The translations under genes and the position numbers were made by a program. From Camelus ferus (Eukaryota), in contig NC_045697.1 in the NCBI RefSeq assembly GCF_009834535.1, positions 29,080,001-29,144,000 of the forward strand: a stretch of 64,000 nucleotides of DNA, read 5' to 3'. Under the pieces are notes generated by a model. The model had not been told where the DNA came from. It ran no database searches and worked only from the letters and a program-made list of their open reading frames with translations. Below, piece by piece: positions 53,221 through 64,000 of this stretch (within the stretch, counting starts at the first letter, position 1; each line of letters starts with the position of its first letter).

Positions 53221-56200
53221 CAGGTCCTTCTAGCAAAAATATGGCTAAAGTTAAACCCTGACACCCGGTAGCTTAATTCTTTATTGTAAAAACTTGGACT
53301 GTATTAGAAATGGGGTCATCTGAGAGAGGTCTCTTAATAACAGAAAAATTAAAATTCATTTTCTCCTGTGAAGTGATTTTAGATATTTTAGTCTAATTCC
53401 ACTTTATTCTATACTGTTTGAACTGTATTAGAAAAATTAAAACAATGCTTATCTCATTAGCTATAATTGAAGCTTTTCAAAGGCAGGGACTTTTATTTTG
53501 GTATCCCCAGTGAATAGCCCTGAATGAAGAAATGCTTCAGTAAAGGGATAAATGAATGAAAGAACCAATGAGTAAGAACTGTCTTTTATAAGAAACAGGG
53601 TGGGATAAATTGCTTTGGACATTTTTTTTCTATTTCTATTTATCTAGTTATATTTAACTTTTGTGGTTTACTGGCACCTAGGAACAGCGTACAAAGAGTC
53701 ATACTAAGCATTGTCCAGCAGTCTGTCTGCAGCACCAGAAGGAGCCCACCAAAGGACAGTTAGGTCACTTTTGGTATTGGAGCTGGCATTTCTAATACAC
53801 AGCTCAGGCACCAGCAGTGTCAAGGGGAAAGGTCCCACCAACTATTGATGGAAGACAGCTAAGTCTCTTTAGATTCTTATTGGTAAGCAGGCACCGGTCA
53901 GGCAGCTGGAGAACTTCCATGATTTTTTTTTTTTTTTTTGCCTGCACCAATATGCTTAGTTTCTATTATATTGCCTCAGGGATTTGGCAGACATTTTATG
54001 CTACAAGGAAATAAGCACAAAGAGAGCACTTTCCAAACGCTCTCCTATGTGCAGGTTTTATAAAAGGCTGAGTGTTACAGTGCTTGAGCTCACACTCTGG
54101 GACAGGGTCCTTTTCTCCGTGGTATTGCTCTGCTCCTGGGCAGTTCTCTACCATGCGGCAGTGGGTCTTGAAGACTTGGAAGAGAAATTACAGACTAATC
54201 TGATACTGAATATAGTAAAATAGAAATAAGAAATCTCCAAGTTTCTCGATCCAGTGGTGTCACTCACTCATCTATCTTGCCACACAGGGGGCAAGAGGGG
54301 ATAAGGTGGGGAAGCAGCCCTGGGACCTCTGGTCTTAGTGGGAAAAAAAAATCACTACCATCACTGCCGCCTGCTATCTTTCCTCCTGATTCACATTTCT
54401 TTCAACTTTTCTTTTTCTTAATTATTATTTTCTTTTTCTCATCTTAAATTCTCATTTAATATCTCTGGTTTTCAAATGCAATTGCCTTGGTTAATAAGTA
54501 CCCCAGAGTAACATATAGGAATAGGGCAATGCTACTGTCTGATTAGCTGTTTGCTTTAATCCTTGTTTAAATAACACACACACACACACACACATACACA
54601 CGCAGACACAAACTACTTTTTACCAGGTATTTACCACTTGAACAAAATGTAGTAATATTTGGTTTGAACTAGGGAAACGAAGAGAGTTTGTCAATTACAA
54701 ATTATTGAAATGCTAAATTTCTAATTTTTTGAGGTAGAATTTGCAGATAGTGGGGAAAAAAGGTTGCTCTATTCTGAGGAAAGGTATTTATTAAAAGAAG
54801 GAAGAGAAGAAGAGAGAGAGAAGGGAAGGAGAACCAGTTTTCCCAGTCTCTATAATTTAACTAGGCAGTTAAAGTTAGCTGGAAATTTACATAAAAGTTA
54901 CACAGACCATAAAAGTTACACAGAAAGCAGAACTATATTAAAGAAACTCATGAAATATAGACTGAAATTTAAGAATGGAAATGAACAGAAAATTTATCTC
55001 CAGAGTTTTACTGAACCTAGGGCATCTAGAATGAAATGTTCAAGTGTCAGGAAGTGTATGATTTTTCAGGCATATTAAACTCCTGGGACTATTGTTGGAG
55101 ACATAATTGCTGTTCATGTCTCATGCAGCCTGTACTTTCATTGTTATGGAGTTAATATTTCAATTGAAAAACTAGCATACCAGTAAAAACGCCCCGATTT
55201 AAGCTAGTCATTTATTCCCAGTCTCACAGGGGAATGCTGGATATTTTTTGAGTTAATAAAGCGTGAAATGACTTTAATGCTTCAAGGGAAATATAGTATA
55301 CCAGTCTTGTAGTTTTTAGAAAGTATGGCTTCGCTTATCCCTCCTGACATCAGAAAATTTAAGAGGCTTTTTTATTTCTTTTTTCTCCAAATCACCTTTT
55401 ATGACAAAAATAAGCAAATAATTTATCCCTGTAAACCAGTCCCTATGAAAACCAAGGGGATGAAGTGGGTCACAGTTTGTTTTTCATAGGTCCTGAAGCC
55501 AGAGTCTTAGTAGATTTAATGCTAATTTGAGATTTGGATGCCCAACTGCCAATACCAGGTTCTAATGCTGAGAATCCACTTCATGTGCAGAATCCTGCAA
55601 CTATGGTATGTTGGTGCGGTGGTGCTACCTCCAAGCCTATCAGGGCAGCCAGTCCAGCGCAGACCATTGGTCCAGGTGATACTAGGTGAGGCAGCTTACG
55701 TGGCCTGCTAGTTTCTTCTTACTTCTCAAGATTCTGCAAGTGAAGACAAGGCAGACCTTCCCATTTTGCGCTGTGAGCAACTTTAGGTTCTGTCCACCAT
55801 AACACAGAACTAGGCTGTTTTGGTAACATAGTTTGCCCACGTAATTGTGGCTAATCTAGTTGTGTTTCTCTGAAACAGCTGAGAGAAATTTATTTTGGTA
55901 TGAACATAAATAAATAAATATTTGATGGAGCCCAATTCATAGTCACACTCAATGTGGAGTGACCTCTCTCTTTCCCTCTGCTGCCAAATATATGTACAGA
56001 CACAACACACATACAGACACATGCACATGCTCGCTTTTTTTCTTCCCAGCCTACAGTGCTATCTACCTTTGCTGTTCTTTTGTTGAAGATTTCATGAAGC
56101 ATGTTTACGTGACAATGCTCGCTGATCCCAGCCACTGCCTCACTGCTCTCACTGCTGTTTCCTAGTTATGAGAGCTGAGCCAGCTGAGATGTTAGTTCCC

Positions 56201-56369
56201 CAGTTGCTTCAGCTTTTTCTCACCTGTCTGTTGGGAAACCACCGAAGCCTATGCTAGAAAGGAAAGTGGATGAAGATAAGCATTGGCGTGAATATGTGTG
56301 CCAGTTGCTTAACTGACATATCTTCCCTGAGACTTGGTGGGATTAAAAAGTACCTCTTTAGAAAGAACC

Positions 56370-57630
56370 CTAACCCTTACCGTATGCCATATACAGAAAC
56401 TGACTGACAATGGATCAAAGACCTAAGTGTAAGAGCTAAAACTATAAAACTCTTAGAAGAAAATATAGAGGAAAAGCTTCATGACATTGGATTTGGCATT
56501 GATTTCTTGGATATGACACCAAAAACACAAGCAACAAAAGAAAAAACAGATAAACTGGGCTACACCAAAATGAAAACTTTTTGTGAATCCAAGGAGACCC
56601 TATCAGCAGAGTGAAAGGCAACCCATGAAATAGGAGAAAATGATCTCTCAAAATATTAAGGAATTAATATCCAGAGTATATAAAGAACTCCTACAATGCA
56701 ACAACAACAAAGGAAACCAATCAATTTAAAAATGGGCAAAGGGCTAAATAGACAATTCTCCAAAGATGATACACAAATAGCCAACAAGCAGAAGATGCTC
56801 AACATCACTAATCATTAGGAAGATGCAAATCAAAACCACAGTGATATACCACTTCATACCTATTATTTAAAAAACAAAACAAAACAGAAGTTAAGTGTTT
56901 GCAAGAATGTGGAGAAACTGGAACCCTCATGTATTGCTGGTGGGAATAAAAAGTGGTGCAGCTGCTGTGGAAAACAGTATGACGGTTCCTCAAAAACTTA
57001 AACATAGAATTATCACATGATCCACCAATTCCACTACTGGGTATATACCCACAAGAACTGAGAACAGAGATGTGAACAGATACTTGTACACCTGTGATCA
57101 TAGCAGTATTATACACACAGCCCAGAGGTGGAAATAACCTGTATGTTCATCAGTGCATGAATGGATAAACAAAATGTGGTATATACACAAAATAGAACAT
57201 TCAGCCTTAAAAAGGAAGGAAATTCTGACACGTGCTACAACATGGGTGAACTTTGAAGACATTATGCTAAGTGAAATACATCAGACCCTAAAGGACAAAT
57301 ATTGTATAATTCCACTTATATGAAATACCTGGAATAGTCAAAGTTACAGAGACAGAAAGTAGAATGGGCATTGGTGGTACAGTGGTGAGCGTAGCTGCCT
57401 TCCAGAAAGTAGAATGGTGGCTGCCAGGAGCTGAGGAGGGGGGCTGATGGAGAGTTACTTATTTAATAGATACAAAGTTTCATTTTGGGAAGATAAGAAG
57501 GTTCTGGAGCTAGATGGTGGTGATATTTGCACAACAATGAAAATGTATTTAATGTCTCTGAACTGCATATCTAAAATGGGTTAAAATGGTAAATTTTATG
57601 TTATGCATGTTTTACCACAGTGAACAAAAA
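56370..57630 (+). mobile_element. L1MB-like ORF2 end plus 3'UTR (host of the tRNA-half insertion)
   Basis: aatggatcaaagacctaagtgtaagagctaaaactataaaactcttagaagaaaa...aaaatggtaaattttatgttatg. Confidence 0.9.
57368..57404 (+). pseudogene. 5'-half tRNA-Gly(TCC) tailless retropseudogene inside an L1
   Basis: GCATTGGTGGTACAGTGGTGAGCGTAGCTGCCTTCCA matches mammalian tRNA-Gly-TCC nt 1-37 (GCGTTGGTGGTATAGTGGTGAGCATAGCTGCCTTCCA, recalled) at 34/37. Flanked by the direct repeat CAGAAAGTAGAATGG (57353-57367 and 57403-57417). Confidence 0.88.
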
Positions 57631-60576
57631 AAGAGTCTGGAAAAACCAGCAGAGCTAATATATGAAGTGAAAAGGAGGAAGGAATGCAGATTTTAAAGAG
57701 AAAATGGGAAAATAATGAGAAAAATGATGTTCTAGGTTATGTGGCTTTTTTCTTCATGTTTATGATTCAAATCGCAGAGAGAGACAAATGATCAATATAT
57801 TGGCTTTTCAACTGAGGCTTTTTAACTGTGTGAAATATAGTCAAAATGTGTCCTTTTCCCAAGATTGGGATTAGACATAGTCTGGGGTGTTACAATTCCT
57901 TCATGCTTTTAGATTTTGGAAGTTGTTCCAACATATACGTAACTTTTTTTTCTTTTAAGTACAAACCAATATTACAAAGTGGCACAAAATCTGAGTAGAG
58001 AGAGATCCAGCAAGTATTTACATAGTATCTACTCTTGTTAAAATGCAAGGGACAGTCTACCTCAGAGAGACACCAATGGCCAGTGGCAGACTTTCTTGCC
58101 AAAGTGTGGCCCAGTCTCCCAGACACCACTCAGTGCAGCTCAGTAGTTGGGTCAATTTGTTTTGTTCTGGTAGATGTCTGGTGCAGTGAAGGACAGCTAA
58201 ATAGTCATGAACGTATTGGTCTGTTACAAAGTTTGAAAATCTGATTAAAACTCATGAACAGTACAAACACAGACTTTCAGTTTGTATGTGTTTAGGGGGG
58301 CAATTGGTGAGGATGAAGATTAGAACTAATCTGTAGAAATTATCACTTTAAAATTCCGGTCACAATTCTATGAATCTCTCTGTGAAGGCTGCTGACTATT
58401 CCTTGGCTTTGGAAGTCCTCAGCCTGTTACTTATGAGTTATAGATATTAGAGCTAAAAGAAACCTTAGAGGCTATCTTGAAGGATTTTCCTATTACTTTA
58501 CTTTCACATTAAAAAATACCATTAACTTGAAAATTTTTCCTAGTGTTTAATGCAGGGGAACTTTTCTCTGCTAAAGAATTGATGTGCGTTCATTGCCAGA
58601 CAATGGAAGTTACACAACACATCGTATCGCTCACAGTTGAGTTGAGATATCCTGGTTGTTTTTACTACCTTGCCTACTCACATATTTTTACTGAAAACCA
58701 CCTTAGATGCTCTTCAGATACAGATGAACTGCACCTCTAACTTTAAAGAAGAAACAGGTTTTGAGAAGTGAGCTGTCCAATATTGAGTGTTTTTGTTTGT
58801 TGTTTGTCTAGACTCACCAACAGAATTAAGCTTCTCATAGACAATGAAGGAATCTTCTTTTGTTCTCCTGAAGCACGTATTACAGAAACGAACAAAAGTG
58901 GTGGTAAAAAATACCAGCTGAATGAATGCAAGCCTCGTATATGCTTTTCCCCATAAACAGGTCTGAGATACACTCTTCTACTGGTATTGGTAAGGACTGG
59001 GGTGAGCCAAGGGGAGGGAATGGACTTATATTTCCTGAGCTCCTGTAGAAGTATTTATGATTTTCAATCTTCTCAATGTGATAGAACTCAGTCTGTACAT
59101 GTATGTGTGCAGTGAGATGAACACTGTCATATATAATGGGTGGGAGTAGATGGGAGGGCAAGTATAATTTAATACATTTCCGGAAGACATTTTAACAACA
59201 TCAAGAGCTTTGCAGGAGTCATTAAAAATAGTTCATTCTCATTAACTCCATGTATAGAAATTTACCTTGAGAAAATAATAAGAGACACAAGTAAAATTAA
59301 ATCAGGTCTGTTCTCTACAGTAGGATTTATAGCATAATGTAATGAACACAATAGTATATGTTTATACGTGATGTTACAAACATAATGCTCAACAGTAATG
59401 GAAATGGCTAAAAAAATTACAGCATAGTTGTTGGCTAGAATACTTATTTCATGTTCTCAATTAAGTTAACCTTGTTAAAAATATTTTAGAATATGTATGA
59501 AGTATTTTAAAAAACTAAACAGGAATAAATATACTATAAAGTTAACTGCAGCTATCTTTGGGTCGTCGAATTATAAGTAATTTTATAGTATTCTTTAATT
59601 TCCAAATTTCCTTTAATAAATATGCTTTTATGCAAAGAAAAACATATAGAATTAGACATTTTTGGCAATCTGAGCCCCTGAATTCTGTGGGCTAAGTCCA
59701 GAACCCAGCCTAGAGGAAATGAAAAGAAAGAATGGTGGGGGAAGGTGGGGAGGGAGGGAAGTGGGGAGTTGCTGGGCAATCAATATCACCAGTAACTCCT
59801 CCCTGACATCCAGGGATCTGCTGCCTCTACCTTTCAGGACTATGTGAGGGCTGTGGCTGCAGCTGGGAGGGCTGGCCATCCAAGGTTCTGGGTGAAGCTG
59901 ATACAAGTAGCCTCTTTCTTTTATGTACTCCATCCCTGCCATATCATACATACTAAGATTATCACCCACAGATCAATAATACCCTCTATTTGTGGAGAAG
60001 CATTTAGTTGTCAGAGTACATCTACATATGTTGTAATTCACTGGATTGCCATGATTTGGAGAGTAGGACATGACAGCTATTTTTACCTTACATGACAGAT
60101 GAGGAAACAGAAATTAGAGAAGGCACACAGATTGCTCAAGAACATACCAATATCTTCTCTAGCTTGTACAAAGGACCCTTCCTTGCGTCCAAAATTTTGA
60201 ACAACTCTGATTGAAACGTACCTGACCTCTTTTTTTCTTTTCTTTCTGTTTTCCTTTTTTTTTTTTTTTTTTGGTGGAGGAGATAGATTCATAAGCAATA
60301 TGCAATTATTATATGCAAATATGTCTCTTAATTCCTAAGATGCTCACATAGCAGCAGCAGTTTTTCCTCTTGGGGCACAAAGATGTAAACTGAACAAAGA
60401 CACAAGGACTTACATTGTTGGTTCAAAATGACTTATGTTGTATGTACCACTAATAATGCCACATAAACATACACCAGGTACACATTGTCTATACAGCAGA
60501 TATCTTGGTTAATAAGAATGAAAATTTAAGATTTTCCTTAAGTGAAGAAGAAAAGGACACCAGCAGGTGTACTCAC

Positions 60577-60700
60577 CAGAAACCACTAATTTGATCTGTC
60601 TGATCCTTTACACGATGTAGAGTAAGAATACACAGGGACACTCTGGCAGCTTCCTTGGGATTTCTCAGTTCAATTTCTGGAGTGTCCTTTGAGGCAAATC
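60577..60700 (-). other. RBM47: RBM47 non-coding 5'UTR exon (124 nt)
   Basis: Strong acceptor (T run, accccttag|GAT) and consensus donor (CTG|gtgagt). No ATG inside, not repetitive, and its size and sequence resemble the exon that precedes the coding exon in human RBM47 as I recall it. Confidence 0.8.
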
Positions 60701-63700
60701 CTAAGGGGTAAAAAAAAAATTGCTAGTAATGTTTTCTATTTCAATATAATTTTCATATATGCATGACCAATTTGGGGCCATTCTCTTCAAAAAATGAACT
60801 ACCATTACTCTAATTATCATGTCCTCTACAAACCAAGAGATGTGATCCTTTATTCCTCCTCCTATCCTTGAAGAAACAGGAACAGTGGGGGAAAAAAAAA
60901 GGACCAATTTCTTCCATGTGTTATATCTTTCCCTCTGCCGTATTTAGAGCCCCCTACTCCACCTTCAAGATGAACAACACAATGTTTAGGAAGGAATACA
61001 GATGTAGTTTATATGTTATGCTTATAGGTTCACAAAGAGAAGAGGTGCCCTTTACAGAGATGATAATATCTAGCCCTTGGACCCCCTCCCCCTGCCCCCG
61101 ATTTGGGGGCCTATGTCACATGACACTATCGACCATCACACTCTTTCCTGCTAAATCCAAAGAGGCTGTCAAAAACCACTGAAACAAGCACTTCAGCCAA
61201 CCGCTACCAACTGACCAGAGCTGGTATAAAAGTGACTTGTTATTCTGCCCTAAAATGTGGAATTAAGACTCTTCTGAGGATGTTCTTTGCATGCAGAGTT
61301 CTACAAAAAATAGGATTAGGGGTCCTAGGATAATCTTAAAAGTTGTGATACAGAAAACATTCAAGTTAAGAAAAACTTAAGTTAGTTCAAAATAAGGGTA
61401 TTTTGGATGAGACATTAAAACATATCCAAAGCACAAAACGTTTACCTTTGTTTCATATCTGTAAATGCAATCTGCTAAACTTCAGGAATATTCTCTCCTA
61501 ACTACAGAGAGCCCTCATCAAGCCACCTGAGGGTCCACATAACTTCCAAGATTCAATATGGAACGGTGGCTGTAACACTAGACTGGGAGCCCCTAGAAGA
61601 CTGGGGTTTTACCTTTAGCCCTGCCATGCCTCGTTCTGTGTTCTCAGGCAAATCATTTCACCTGTCTGAGCCAAAGTTTGCTCCCCTAAAGAAAAATAAA
61701 GGACTTGGATTACAAATAGTTTCAAACTGGTTTTTAATATTTGTTTTGTCTTAATTCTTTTTTTTTTTTTTTTTTTTTTTTAGGTGTAGCATCCTTTCTT
61801 TCACCAGAAATTTACCTAGATGCAGAAACAAACCGCTAAAACAAGGAGCTAGCTGAGCTGGAGGTAGGGGGTGATACGCGGAGGCATCTCCACCCATCCT
61901 GCTCCATCGTCCACTGGGGCTGTGTGGGGGCACCAGAGGATTCTCAGGTCTACAGAGCACAATTTGGAACCTGCCGATTAAATAGCCTCCGAAGTCAGTT
62001 ACAGCTCCAAAATTACTCTGCCATAACTATCTTGATATTGCAAAGACTGGTAAGGCATTCAGTAGGATCCAAAACTTCATAGGATCACAAGCCATAAAAC
62101 TAAACCATGAGCTGGCTTTATTTAATCTTTATTATCAGTGACCTACTTAAAAAAAAAAAAAAAAGGCCTCACCCTCAAATAAATCATAGAGTAATAGCTG
62201 TTAAACTCTGTACATCTCAAAGTGTATAATCCTCACCCACGTCTGTGAGGACTATTTCCTAAGGGCTGTATCCTGGATAATACCTGATGGTCAACATCAC
62301 AGTGTCTGATAAATAAAAATAAACGTGCAAATTACAAACTGTGTCCTGAAACTAATTCTACCCTGTCAAGGCAACAGAATAAAATGCAGACTGCTGAACA
62401 ATTCATTTGCTAGCTACGTGAATCCAGACAAATTTATTCAACTTTTTCTGAGCCCCAGTTTCCCCATTGTTAAAGTGGAACTAATTTCTTGCAGGATTGT
62501 ATGGAGAACAGAGAAAGTATTTATAAAGCACTATTCCTGGCACATATAATTTGTGCAGAATTTTAATTTTTCGCTTTATAATGGCAAATTTTCCTTTTTG
62601 AAAAGTAATCATAGTAACGGGCATGTTAACTATTAATTAAAAGCAAATCACTAACATATAAATGAAATTATGGTTTTACATACTTCTGTGCTGTATTTTA
62701 ATGAGGGGAAGAAGTGCCTCTCACAACTATTCAAGTGGCAGAAAATTTTCCCCAAATAAAACACTTAGGCTCAACTGTTTGTTTCCAGAAAAATCTGATT
62801 TTCCAGAATGATTCCAAACACAATCCATTTACTAAAAATTGTATTATTGTTTTGTCATAAAAATCTTCAAGCAAAACCCACATGCCACTTTTTCCCTGTG
62901 GCTTCACCCTCCTCCTGACACAATATTGGGTACCCCAGGGCACCCCATCTGAGAAGTCCATCTTAGTATAAATCCTTCATATTACTGTGGAGGAAACTAT
63001 CTTACTAAAGGCCACCTAACTACATGTATTAATAAGATTTGTGGGGAAGTTCCTAGAGAAAAGAAATGGTTTCCAGACATTAACTGGGTTAATTAATTCA
63101 CTCCAACCCCCTCACCCACTCCTTATTCTGTGAAAAAGCTATGGCTATTGACCATTATATCACAGAGTCTTTAGGAAGACCAAATGGGGGAACTTTCCTA
63201 GATTCCAGTAGAAGAAAAAGCTATTCTGAGTAGAACACTTGGTTTGCTTTTATTTTTTCAGGCATGTGAATCTTATGTTACTCATGGTCCTTCTTCAGTA
63301 AATGGTGGGATCTGAGGGCAAACGTTTGTTGGCCTTAAGACAACTGTGGCATCGTCTTAATTTGCTCACCCTGATTTTTTTACCCTCTCACCTTTATCTT
63401 GTCTACCTTATGTAGTTTTGAAAGCAGTTTCAAATCCATTTTTGGAATGAGGCAGGGTACAAATAAAATATGTGAAATTAATCAATGTATTTTTTCCAAA
63501 AAGATGTCCATCAAGTTCTATGTCCTGTTCTGCTTCTCCCAACTCTCACTCATAAATCTAGGCTAAAAATAACTTTCTCACCCCATGCCTTCAACCAAGG
63601 AATGAGAATTCTGTTTTTAGAAACAAGTCCTCTCTAAAGGTAAATGAACTCTCCACACCCAGGGGTGCTAGTACACGGGCCTAAAGCTGCCAGGGCAAGA

Positions 63701-63779
63701 GTCTGGTAACAGAGTTCTGGTTCTCACTCTGTCATCAGCAGCGTTTGACCACAGACATGCCACCTTCTGGCTTCAGCAT

Positions 63780-64000
63780 CCTAACTCCACATGTGAGAGT
63801 TATTACAAAGATAAAAGTGAGACACTGCATTTGAAAGCATCTTATAAACTGCCAACCATCAGCTCCTGCCTGGATGGCTACAGCAGCCTCCCAGCTGACT
63901 TGGTCGCATCCACTCTTGCCTACTGCAATCAATCTAGCTCTCATGGAGACAAAGTGACCATTTAAAAACATACAGTTTGACCACGTCACCCTCCTGCAAA
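63780..64000 (+). mobile_element. MIR/L2 fragments at the window end
   Basis: tgcctggatggctacagcagcctcccagctga...accacgtcaccctcctgc resembles L2 internal sequence. Confidence 0.5.

Noticed and set aside
54889..54926. Short tandem duplications (cataaaagttacacaga x2; similar at ~3311, 9487, 10648, 18791)
   Set aside because: Ordinary slippage duplications with no spacer array or higher-order structure; not CRISPR-like.

Overview
Mammalian genomic DNA, probably camelid judging by its tRNA-derived SINEs. It contains the whole coding region and 3' end of RBM47 (RNA-binding motif protein 47, a cofactor of APOBEC1 editing and a splicing regulator) on the minus strand. Read from the sequence, the gene has a 124-nt non-coding exon (60700-60577) and four coding exons (41682-40554, 39682-39476, 37105-36909, 32485-32246) with GT-AG junctions in matching phase. 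These give 1773 nt, or 590 aa (3 RRMs, an RG-rich segment, and an Ala/Tyr/Pro-rich tail), followed by a ~2.55-kb 3'UTR ending at an AATAAA at 29700-29705. The promoter and earlier 5' exons appear to lie beyond the right edge. Positions 1-29.6 kb are intergenic and rich in repeats (L1, L2, MIR, SINE, LTR, hAT/Tigger MITEs). I see no evidence of a new multi-gene system. The most notable fine-scale items are a tailless 5'-half tRNA-Gly(TCC) retrocopy with a perfect 15-bp target-site duplication, a 5-codon uORF whose stop overlaps the RBM47 ATG, a candidate intronic poly(A) site that would give an RRM-only isoform, a NAGNAG acceptor on the frame-preserving cassette exon, clustered miR-25/92 sites, and a strong CTCF motif downstream of the gene. 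Repeat family names and comparisons to human come from memory of consensus sequences, not from a search, and repeat boundaries are approximate unless fixed by a TSD.
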